Source: Trichinella spiralis
Taxonomy: Eukaryota
NCBI RefSeq assembly: GCF_000181795.1
Contig: NW_003526946.1
Location: 171,557-235,556, forward strand
DNA: 64,000 nucleotides
Direction of reading: 5' to 3'
Shown one piece after another: positions 52,849 through 64,000 of this stretch. The position numbers and the translations under genes were made by a program. The notes under the pieces are model-generated. The model was not told where the DNA came from, ran no database searches, and worked only from the letters and a program-made list of their open reading frames with translations. Every line of letters begins with the position of its first letter. The stretch's first letter is position 1.

Positions 52849-53493
52849 CTATTCTTCACTTTTGCTACCACCCTCGTCCGCCAAACTAATCATCATAATG
52901 CTGCTACCTCTTATAATCAGTTGCGGCAAGTGTCGCTTCACCAATTCCACATTTGAGCTTAACTTTTTGACACTTTCGTAGCGCATTCGATTTGGCACAG
53001 TGTCCAACGGAATTTTTGAACCTTTCACAAAAATGCGTACACATTTTCTGCGGTAATAAATTTCATCAACATTTTCCACAAATATATTCCAATGTTTGTC
53101 ATATGCGACCAATATCCCGCACACTTCGCGTCTGAGACCTGTCTGTCCTCGGATTTTCAATTTCACTCGACGTCTTTCCCGCATCCAGCGATCCAACCGA
53201 TCAACAACTAATGCACTTTTCTTAGTTTGCAGTATTTGCAAATTGCGTTGCGGTAAAGCGACTTTTTCACATTTCTCTCCCAATGATGAGTCGTATGCTT
53301 TTAACAATTGAACAACTTTACCAAATTTTGATATCAAATTTTCTTCCCAAGCATTTAAACAAGAAAATGTCTGAACAAACGTTTGATCCGCAGCTTCTCT
53401 TGAAAAATATACCAGTGCTGTCTGAGCAACAAATCCAGGCAAAAAGATGTCTGTTTTCCTCTTCAGCGAATCTTTCTCAGCAGTAGACATCAT
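52849..53493 (-). CDS. LSM11: U7 snRNA-associated Sm-like protein LSm11, single coding exon
   Basis: Sm1 motif RVKLKIRGQTGLRREVCGILVAYDKHWNIFVENVDEIY is separated by an insertion from Sm2 motif KRHLPQLIIRGSSIMMI. The N-terminal extension DIFLPGFVAQTAL resembles the LSm11 D..S..FDPLLAL motif. Confidence 0.85.
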   Translation of the reverse strand: MMSTAEKDSLKRKTDIFLPGFVAQTALVYFSREAADQTFVQTFSCLNAWEENLISKFGKVVQLLKAYDSSLGEKCEKVALPQRNLQILQTKKSALVVDRLDRWMRERRRVKLKIRGQTGLRREVCGILVAYDKHWNIFVENVDEIYYRRKCVRIFVKGSKIPLDTVPNRMRYESVKKLSSNVELVKRHLPQLIIRGSSIMMISLADEGGSKSEE

Positions 53494-56088
53494 ATTTATA
53501 GCTTCTCTTTACAACGCGAGCTGGATTTCCTAAATTCGTGAATAACAAAATAAAAGCTATAATTAATGCAAATCATTCTTTTCATAATAACCAAATCAAT
53601 ATTTTTCAACGCACAAACACGATGTCACAAAATGATATGCAGCATAAGCAACGAAATTCAAATAAAACATTGAAGACAACTCTAAATATTCCTCAAGTTT
53701 GTGAAAATATAACAGAATTTAAGAAATTGTTTCTGAAAAGAACTAACTTCACATTTCTCTAATGGAAATTTCATTTAAAATATTGGCCACCAAAAAAGCT
53801 CACAAGGCGAATTATAAATTATGCTCTCTTTCTCAATTTATTCGAATTAGATTATTTCATTTTTCAAACAAAATATTATAGAACAAACATACACAAAACA
53901 CAACTACAACAAACTTACAACTAGGGCAAATTACATCACAAACAGAAGAGAATAACATGCAATCTAGAAAAATTCACAAACGTTTACAGAAATTTCAGGA
54001 TATAATTACATCAAACCAAAATTTTAGCTATTGAATATGCTTCAATCTAAAGAACTGAAACAAACGCCTTCCTTCTCAATGGCAATATATTGATTTTAAC
54101 GAAACCTAAATATTTGTCAACGGTGGTAGTTTTCTTTGATCTAAACTATCTTCATTTTCAGTCAATTACATAATTATCAATTAATATTAATAAAATCAAA
54201 GCACTACGGACAAATTGCCAATCTAATACAAAAAATGAGCAATTATGTAAAATATTGCACAACAGAAGAACACGTTAAAAATATCATGATAAATAAATAA
54301 TCTGGCAAACTTTTACAGTTTAATAATTATTCAAATTTTAAAATTAACTCGACAACCCATATTTACGAAAAACAAAATTGTTTTATAATAATAAAAATAA
54401 AGGTATAATGAAAATCAAGTATTATTTTGAAAAATTTACAATTTTATAATTTGAAAATGGTATTTCAGGTCTTGACATTATATTCATTGAGTCAAAGTTG
54501 GATTTTAATTGACTTTTAAATCTAATTGCAAAATATTACTTCAATAAAGTTGACAGCAAATGGAAAAATCCAACAGTGGTCTACTGATGCCCAGACTGAA
54601 ACTAAAACTGAAAGGATCCGCAATTTTGTTACACAAGCAGGATTTCTCTACGAGCTTCTCTAGTATTTCTCACTACATGACAAATGACAAGATTAGTATC
54701 CTGACCTACCTGTAGTTTTGTTCCTAGATTTTCAATGCTTTCTGTGAGTTCCACGACCATAATTAACTCTGTTCCGACCGGAAGCGGCGTCGTAGCACGC
54801 CCTAGGAATGGAGTGGGTATGCGATGACGCTTCGGGGTAGATCGCTTGTAAACATGGTTCCTGTACTCTACTGATTGGAATTTGACAACCGCGATGGATA
54901 AGCAGCAAAATTTCTGCATGGGAATGCGAAGCTGCGTAGGCAGCGTGTAAGCTAAATACGCTGAAACCCGTTAAACGCATGGGCAAATCGGCAACAACAC
55001 CGGGAGTGTTGACAAAAAGTACGGAAGATTGATCGAAGAAAAAATATTATTATTAAAATGGTGACGTGATATTAAATTTTTTCACTGAAAAATAAATAGT
55101 TCATATTCTCACTTCGCCAGTCAAATGGTCTTAAAAACATCAGAATCATAAACAATCTAGTTGTTTAAACTGCATTTTCATAGCATTACCATGCATCAGC
55201 ATTATTTTAAATAAATGCCAACAATTACTGCAAAATGATAAATTTGTATAAAATGCCATTTAGAAAATAGACATATTTCTTTACTGCAAGTATTCACACC
55301 TGTGATTTCAGATAATCCAACTACGCATTGATTCCAGTGAATCAGTCGCAAATTAAAACTTAAAAAATAAGAATCTTCCAAATATTATTTAAAATTGCAT
55401 ACCCTTAATTGTGAATAAAAACAGTTGCAAAATTAAATCTTTTCAACTTAATATTCCATTCACATTGAAAACACCTATTCTAATAAAAGAAGCATTTATC
55501 TATAAGACGAATTTATGTGAAAAGATACAAATTGAAAAAATATTTAACAACACCATTTATATTAATGTTATTCTGAAACTTTCATAAGGCAAAATTAAAT
55601 ACTATGACAAATACACAGATGTTCAGAAATTAATTATAAATTCTCATCGTAGAACTGACGCATTCACTGATATATACCATTATTCTTTTTCGCCTTTTCA
55701 AAAAAGTACAATTAACATGTGCGAAATCATTGACATGAACTTTTCATAATCAAAATCACAAAATTTGGATTAATACATAATTATCATGCGTTATTGCACT
55801 TTCCAAATAAAAAAAAATTATTCAAATGGATAAACAAGTGATTATTAATTTTCATAACTAAAATTTTATCATTTTTATAAATACATTTATATGTTATTTA
55901 AGTAAATAATGTAGATGTTCAATATCTTTAAACAAAAACTTTTAAAGATCAGAAAAAACTTTAAAAGCAAAATTAGCTTATTTTAAAGTTTGAAATCATA
56001 CGGATAACTATATGAAACAGTAATTAGTTTGCTCTGCTTGCTGCTTGCTTCAATTTGACTGCTTGTTGGTTGTTGCATTGCATGGAAA

Positions 56089-56508
56089 ATGGCCCAAATA
56101 CTGCAAAATATTCGCAATGATATTTGGAATGTTATCGGTGATGAAAGCAGATTGGTTGGAAAACTGTTTGCTAAAATTGAACAAAAAACTGGCAAAAGTC
56201 GTTACCAAGCTGCGGTGATGTTAGCAATTGTGATTTTTGTGCTGTTGATATTTAGCCCTAATGCAGGATTGTTGTGCAATTGCATATGCATTGGTTATCC
56301 AGCAATGAAGACATTAATCGAGGTGGAATCAAATGAAAACGCCACTGTAAACAATGGAAGTTTTATTGGGTTATTTTTGGCTTCTTTCCACTTGTTGATA
56401 TTTGCTGAATGCATATCCTTTATATACCATTATTGGACGCTGAATGCATTTCTTTGTTGGCTTTTCACCTCAAGCTGCCATGGAGCTGCCACATTGTATG
56501 AAAAATTT
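56089..56508 (+). CDS. REEP5/DP1/Yop1 (TB2/HVA22) family protein, partial; runs into the gap
   Basis: KIEQKTG...LLCNCICIGYPAMKTL..VES, then KQWKFYWVIFGFF after a frameshift near 56345. The indels are probably contig-end errors. Confidence 0.85.
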
Positions 56509-57473
56509 NNNNNNNNNNNNNNNNNNNNNNNNNNNNNNNNNNNNNNNNNNNNNNNNNNNNNNNNNNNNNNNNNNNNNNNNNNNNNNNNNNNNNNNNNNNN
56601 NNNNNNNNNNNNNNNNNNNNNNNNNNNNNNNNNNNNNNNNNNNNNNNNNNNNNNNNNNNNNNNNNNNNNNNNNNNNNNNNNNNNNNNNNNNNNNNNNNNN
56701 NNNNNNNNNNNNNNNNNNNNNNNNNNNNNNNNNNNNNNNNNNNNNNNNNNNNNNNNNNNNNNNNNNNNNNNNNNNNNNNNNNNNNNNNNNNNNNNNNNNN
56801 NNNNNNNNNNNNNNNNNNNNNNNNNNNNNNNNNNNNNNNNNNNNNNNNNNNNNNNNNNNNNNNNNNNNNNNNNNNNNNNNNNNNNNNNNNNNNNNNNNNN
56901 NNNNNNNNNNNNNNNNNNNNNNNNNNNNNNNNNNNNNNNNNNNNNNNNNNNNNNNNNNNNNNNNNNNNNNNNNNNNNNNNNNNNNNNNNNNNNNNNNNNN
57001 NNNNNNNNNNNNNNNNNNNNNNNNNNNNNNNNNNNNNNNNNNNNNNNNNNNNNNNNNNNNNNNNNNNNNNNNNNNNNNNNNNNNNNNNNNNNNNNNNNNN
57101 NNNNNNNNNNNNNNNNNNNNNNNNNNNNNNNNNNNNNNNNNNNNNNNNNNNNNNNNNNNNNNNNNNNNNNNNNNNNNNNNNNNNNNNNNNNNNNNNNNNN
57201 NNNNNNNNNNNNNNNNNNNNNNNNNNNNNNNNNNNNNNNNNNNNNNNNNNNNNNNNNNNNNNNNNNNNNNNNNNNNNNNNNNNNNNNNNNNNNNNNNNNN
57301 NNNNNNNNNNNNNNNNNNNNNNNNNNNNNNNNNNNNNNNNNNNNNNNNNNNNNNNNNNNNNNNNNNNNNNNNNNNNNNNNNNNNNNNNNNNNNNNNNNNN
57401 NNNNNNNNNNNNNNNNNNNNNNNNNNNNNNNNNNNNNNNNNNNNNNNNNNNNNNNNNNNNNNNNNNNNNNNNN
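56509..57473. other. Assembly gap (N run)
   Basis: N bases. Confidence 1.
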
Positions 57474-58777
57474 TTCCAGGAAATACATGTCGTGTTAACC
57501 TTTCATTCCTGGGGTTGGCATATCAGGTAATTTTAATATTACTATTCATCGTTTTATGCTTGTCAGTAATATAAAATTTCTCATAACAATTATACCAATA
57601 ATTCTAATATTCACTGTGATTTACATCACTAGATTCTTCTGCTGGTCTGCCAGCTAAATCCTTTTTTCAAATGCGTCTAACGCCAATATTCCTTCTCTTT
57701 ATGATTCTTTTCATAAATTTAATACGCCACTGGCAAAAATTTTTTTAAGCTAATGACAACTAATTTTCATTTTCTAATATACAGATTTTTATAATATGAA
57801 TTGGTGTTTTTGACTGTATTATAAAAAAAATGGAAGTTAACTATATTCAAAAGTATACAAACCTGAAATAAAACTCTACAGTAAGCAATATTATCTTTCT
57901 AATTTCTAATATCTAATCACAAAAATAATGGAGACGGCAATTTTGATTTGAGATATTTCCATGAAAGAATAAAACAAACAAATTGGTTTCTCACGACAAA
58001 GTAAAATTCAAACTTTAATTTCATTTTTTCTTTAGAAAATGGTTATCAACTTGCCCGTTAATGGTCATTAAAAATCAACAAGCAAATATGAGAAAAAATA
58101 TCTACAATAAGCTATAGATGAAGCCTTCAGAAAACAGTACTGTTCATAGGCAAACACACGCACATTTTATTCATTGATTTTTCTCATTTATTTATGTATG
58201 AACAAGTACTTTTGCGTCATAAATTTATTTCAACAATTTTAGTTACTTTGCTGCTGCTCCCACGCAGTGACAACGATGAACCTTGAAATACTGCTCATAT
58301 TCATAATGCTTAGTATTGCACTAATAGCGCAAGCATTGGACGGAAAAATTATAGTGCTGTTAAACATATTAAGCATCAAGAATAACAAAATATTTCGAAA
58401 CTGTCCACATATTTCACATTTAAAACCCTGATAACAATTTTCTCCAACTCTTTACTTACTTAATCATACATAAATATTTGTTTCCCATCTCTTTTATTTA
58501 TCATGCAAACAAACATCTTCACCTCAATATTATACATTTAATATGAATGGTATAATGAACTGATCATAATAATATAATGCACAGATATTGAACCATCCTC
58601 ATTACATGATGTATACTGATTTTCTTAATCACGACAATGTGTGAAACGAAAAGCTATAATCTAAAACTCTTTAGAAATACNNNNNNNNNNGGGAGCAAGC
58701 ACGGGGATAATTAGTGCTTACAGATAAGCACTAAACAAGGGGCGGGGACTGGAAAACACTTCGATCGTTGATATGGA

Positions 58778-61700
58778 TTATGCAAGGTACATGAGTTTTT
58801 AAAGTCGTAGGAGAAGTGCAATTATATGAGTCAGTTTGGTTTTGGGGGATTCAGGTTAACTGCGGGAAAAGGTACAACTAAACTACTAGGACTAATACTA
58901 CTGCTGATACTACTGCTGCTACTACTACTGCTACCACTACTACTACTACTACTAGTACTACTACTACTACTACTACTACTATTACTGTCCTCATCAGAAT
59001 ACTTTTCCACTAGACCAGAATTTCTAAAAAATAAAAATCAATAATTCATTCATTTTTAAATAAGTTAATTAATCAAACTTACAATGCTGCAAGAACATGA
59101 TAACGAGCACGGGCGCAAACTAAATCTGCAAAATATAGTGGTGCTGGTATACTGACAGAACGAGCACATCTACCATACAGATGGCATAAATAGTATGTAA
59201 TCGATTGCATAGCATTCGCATCCATGTTGCTTTCATCAAACAGCACATGATATCGCGTCGGTCTACTAGTTCCCTGCAATTCAAATAATAATAATAATAA
59301 AGATTCAAAACATTTCACAAAGTCATACTTGAATTCCATGATGACTGCACAAAAAGAAATCATGTTCATCAGGAGATGTCACTGCTCTATCGATAACAGT
59401 ACCAGCAGGGATGTTTTTCCCGCGTCCTCGTGCTGCAGCTTCATCACAACAAAAAAATCGAGCATGATGTCGCTTTTGAACCACAATAAACGTAATCAAC
59501 GGCCGGTAATTTGTTGCAACTGATTTGCAAGCCCTACGAAGAGCAGACAGTTCTTCTTCCAAAACCTTTAAAAAAAATAAATTTTTACTTTGCTTTAATT
59601 AATAATACAACACAATTTCACCTGCATAAATTGACCTTCTGATACTCCATCGCGATAAACAATAATATTTTTCGGAGCCGTACCATTAACATCAATATAT
59701 TCTAGTAAACGTTCTGAAAATTGTTCGCTAAATCCAGTGATCAGTTCTTGCTTCGCTGGTTGTAGTTTCACCGAAGCATGAAATTTTGTAACTTTTGCAT
59801 CCACATTTCCAACAACCTTCAAATCAAAAACATTCCTTCAATAATTTGGAAGTACAATAACATGAATAATACCCACCGAAGCTATTGATGGTAAATGCGT
59901 TTCTACAGCTGATGGATGAACCACATCCACACCAATTACCAATGCATTATTCTTATACAAATAATTATCCAAACTAAACAAAAAACTTCCATTCAAGAAT
60001 TTTTCATACGCATTCATAAATTCAATATCATACATTTCATCTTCCAGTAATTTTGCATTGATGCCACCAATTTTCATATTTATTTTCATCGCAATATTTA
60101 ACATCGTCGAATAACTCTTCTTTATTACTACATCACTTATTGTTTTTGGTAATACACACTGAGTGACCAATCCAAGAGTGATATCACCACAAGATTTCAC
60201 TTGAGCTTAAAAAAGGTGAAAATACATTCAACATTAATAAAATAAATTTCATCATATAACAACAAAATAATTATTACCATATTGTTCAGATGAAAATAAC
60301 GCAACAAATACCAAATCACATTTTATTCCATCTCTGTCATATTTGTCAGCAATACGTTTTAATACCATTTCTACGGTATCATTTTTTCGCGCTTGTTCGT
60401 AAAATTTTGGGCTGTCCGGCATTTCAATTCCTGTACTACGACATGTTCTGACAATTTGCAGACAAAATTCTCTAAAGATAAAGCAAATAATCAACAAAGC
60501 TAATTTGATTTATTAATGAAATTTTGCAATACTCACTGTAACATTGATGCTTTATGTGGTGGTAGAAACGATACAAATCCAAATGATTCACAAGAAGCAG
60601 ATTCAAAAAATTTAAATTCAGTCGAATTCCATGCTCCATCTTTTGGTGTAAGAATTATTTGCTAAAAATATAAGACAAATTATGAAACAAATATTTTTCA
60701 AAATGAATGATATGAATAATTATTATTTATTTACACGTCCTCCATTTCCTTTACCATATTCCAACCTAGGCGGAGGCAAAACTCGTCCACTAACAATCAT
60801 TGGTTCCGCTTTAATTTGAACGCCAAAACTTTTCAAAAATGGATCATTATTGAAATTTGATTTCTTGACCATGTCCATACACTTTAGAATTCGAGTAGGA
60901 GCGTCTGTCGAAGCAAACTAAATATATAACAATTTATTATTATTATTATTATTATTATTATCAATATTTAAAATCATTAACATACTCGAATTATAGAAGT
61001 CGTTTGACACGCTTTCAATTTCTTGTTGTATCTTTGACAGTTTGCCACTTGACAAAGCTAAATTGGCCAAAATGAATTCATTGTATTAAAAAAAGTTGAA
61101 ACAATTGTCAGTTTTTTATACTTCAACTGGGAAATAAATTGGTTTTGATTTACTGCCGACTTCAACCAACGGCAAATTTGGATACTTTAATGGCCCATAA
61201 ACATCACGAAAATATTCCGCAACTGAAATTTCTTTTCCATCTTTTTGGAATTTCATCGATACTGCCGTACTGAGTATATTTTTAATACGATAAATTCGAT
61301 CTTGATTTCGATGTGTTGTATGAATGCAGACCCCTAAATTAATAAATAATGTTTAAATATATTTCAAATATTCCAATGACGATTACCTTTTAATTCTGGT
61401 ATCAACAAGTTCAAATGTTCTGGATGAAGTTGGGTTTTCGATCTAAGCTGATTTGGATGAAATCTTACTTCACGTTCATCACCATTCAATATGTCGCAAA
61501 TCAAATTTATCAGTGACTGACGCTTGTAAAAGCAACTGTGTGATACTAAAATCCATTTCAATTATTAAAATTTTTTCACAAAAATGAAAAACAATTTCCA
61601 TCACACCATCAATATTAATCGCTGGTCGAAAACCATCAATTACGCGCGCAGAAATGAACAAGCCTCTCCATAATTCAATGCCATATTTCACGTCCACACC

Positions 61701-62726
61701 AGCACCTTGTGGAATGCAATAAAATGAATTCCTGACTGCTTTGAATGATTTCGACAATCTGAAATTATTCCAATTCATAAATTAAAACTGTTATTAAACT
61801 GCAATTTACTCAAATAATGGAGATGAACGCCCTTGTGCAAACAATATATCCAAAAATTGAATTGGACCCTTTTCACGTTCATCCAGCGAACCGGCTTCTG
61901 CATTTCTGAAGTCCAAGTGAACCAGACCAGTAAATTTCATCAAAATAGACAACTCTGATAGTTTATTTTCTCGAACAGTTTTGAAGGAAAACTTTTCCTT
62001 AAAATATACAAATATTCATATTTGAAAATTACAATTTATAAAACTCCAGAATTAATTTTTAAAACGAACCGGATCTGCTGTTTCACCGACTTGCTTCAAA
62101 TGCAATTTCTCAACTGTGAACAAAGTACTCTTCCCATCGTACGCTAATTTAAATGGATCGCCAAAAATATCTGAACGCTTCACTACATATGCCCAAAATA
62201 CGTCACGATTGTCATCACTTGAACAGAAAATAAAAACACATTAAAACTATAATAAAACTTGACAACAAATTAAAATCGAACCAATTCAACTTTAAACGCG
62301 GATGTTGTATGTCGATGTGATATCTGTTAACCACAATATCACCTTTTTGTAATTTTATCAGTGGAAAATAATTGCATGCTAATTTTATCGGCTTGCCAAC
62401 AGTCCCGTATCCAGGTCGCTTCACTAATTCTTTCTAAAAAAGCATCAACAACAACAATAGGAAATAATTTAATAAAACATTAAATAATACTTACTAAACG
62501 CAACTGCGACAATTCATCTGTAGCAACATTCATATCTTCGCCTAAAAGTAATTCATGATTGAAAATTGCTCAACAGTTGCTGAAATAAGATGCGGTTCAT
62601 GAATTTGGTCAAATATATTTTGCAGTTAAGCCACCGCTTTTTCAAAAATTAAAAATCAAACAACAACAGACGATGCTATTCAACATTTTACATAAAATAA
62701 CAACAATACTTACTTTGTTGAGACAT
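58778..62726 (-). CDS. alg-4: Argonaute, AGO clade, most like nematode ALG-3/ALG-4 (tag-76)
   Basis: N domain [19 protein letters not shown]...HP...FW...[27 protein letters not shown] and [71 protein letters not shown]. The last exon is degraded near the gap, and the terminal MYLA* is out of frame. Confidence 0.9.
58885..58986 (-). repeat. Imperfect (AGT)n repeat encoding poly-Ser in the last Argonaute exon
   Basis: A (TAC)n run on the plus strand, in frame after SDED on the minus strand. Confidence 0.85.
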
Positions 62727-64000
62727 TGGAAGCAATACAAGTTGAGAATAGAACAGCAACAACAGTTTACTCGGCAAATGAACGCTGATTTACAGTAAGC
62801 GCAGTAATCAAATTGTACCTAATCTTTAGTTAAGCTGAGACTATTAATCTTGGTTAAAAAAATCAAGAAAAGAATGAAGTAGAACTTTCTGTGATAATAG
62901 AATATTAAAAATATGCCAGCAAGCGTCAACTTTTCAACTTTGAATGAGTAGCGTTCGTTTTCACTTATCGTAATGAATGTCTCCACATCACGTGATAGCA
63001 AATTTAATTATTCAACTACCAATCGCATCAATTTTCACTGTGATTGGTGCATTGCTCTGAGATGAGCTATTGGTTGAAGTTTCCTCGTGACTTACATCAA
63101 ATATTGTGCCGTTCGAATCACTACAATTATTGGCTGTCTTACTGTTTATCATTTTTTCACGAATTCTAATTATAATATGTTACATTTTGAAAATGAATTC
63201 AAATATTACTGCTAAATAATAGCCCTTTTCTTTTGATGTTCATACATAGTTTTCAGTAATATATATTGTAACATAATGTCACGAATGGTTATTTTTGTAC
63301 AAACAGAATTCATAAATTCTTGATAATTCAAAATAAAGGATGCTTCGTAAATCGCGTTCATTGTTCGTCACCTTACGGTCATTACGTTAAATTTTGCGCA
63401 TTTAATACAAGACCAGATTAAATTGATCGTCATTGATGATGGACAGGAAATATCAGAATGAATAGGAAATTTGAAAAGTATATTCAACGTGCAAAAATTG
63501 AAAAACAAATTTAATACAGTTTACACAAAATGTATAATCACAAATTTCTATTTTAAACAGAATTCGAGATTTTACTTTTTATTTAAATGAAAAAACATGA
63601 GAAGAAACTTGTAAACAGGAGCGAAAGAAGGATTGGAAAGATTAAATTCTTTTGCAAACCAGAAATATTTTCAAGGAACACTACAGCTGAAATCAGAAAA
63701 TATTTCAATGCTAACATTCAGCAACCACCACTGCTAGTTTTAGCTGAAAACTGCAGCTGGAGACAATGTATCAATTTTAGATTTTCCCTTTGTACTTGAG
63801 TAGCCTTCAACTAGTCTTCATCAGAACAATATCTGACAAACAGAAAAGAACCTTAGGCATAAATCTGATTTAATTGTTAGCTAAGAAGGTAATTTATATG
63901 ACAAGTGAAAGCAACTGTTGACTGACATTTCTTTTGAACAGTATTTTTCCACTGGCATGGATAAATAAAAGTGAAGCATTTCGAAAGCAGAAAGAAAGCG

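Noticed and set aside
56430..57574. ORFs of 350-470 aa
   Set aside because: They are artefacts of translating through the N gap.
58778..58860. Apparent frameshift or stop that would make the Argonaute a pseudogene
   Set aside because: It is confined to the last ~170 bp before a gap and the other exons look intact, so read-end error is more likely. Resequencing is needed.
58826..59044. Poly-Leu ORF resembling a signal or transmembrane peptide
   Set aside because: It is the antisense reading of the Argonaute poly-Ser repeat.
1..64000. CRISPR arrays, prokaryotic operons, tRNA or rRNA genes, U12-type introns
   Set aside because: No repeat-spacer array or recognisable structural RNA gene was seen. 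The introns I traced are GT-AG without the RTATCCTT donor.

Overview
This is AT-rich eukaryotic genomic DNA with many short GT-AG introns and several N gaps. It is most consistent with a clade I parasitic nematode such as Trichinella, an inference from the secreted DNase II-type gene, the ALG-3/4-type Argonaute and the intron style. I spliced the genes by hand. In order: the 3' part of a C2H2 zinc-finger gene; a very large N-anchored Lys/Glu-rich repeat protein; a truncated DNase II; a DEK-C/SWIB protein; an inverted paralog of the Lys/Glu-rich gene that shares its upstream region; a cysteine-rich secreted protein resembling arthropod ITG/prohormone-3; a divergent XLF/NHEJ1-like gene with decayed copies nearby; a class I PITP; a USP37-like deubiquitinase; an SLC5 symporter; LSm11; a partial REEP/DP1 gene; and the Argonaute. 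Mobile DNA includes BEL/Pao relics, hAT elements (one holding a nested solo LTR) and a pogo/Tc1-like element. Three near-identical duplications flank 10-N gaps and are probably assembly or haplotype artefacts. The best leads, none obvious from the ORF track, are the XLF-like gene, the ITG-like gene, LSm11 and the Lys/Glu-rich paralog pair. All homology calls come from recalled motifs; no searches were run.
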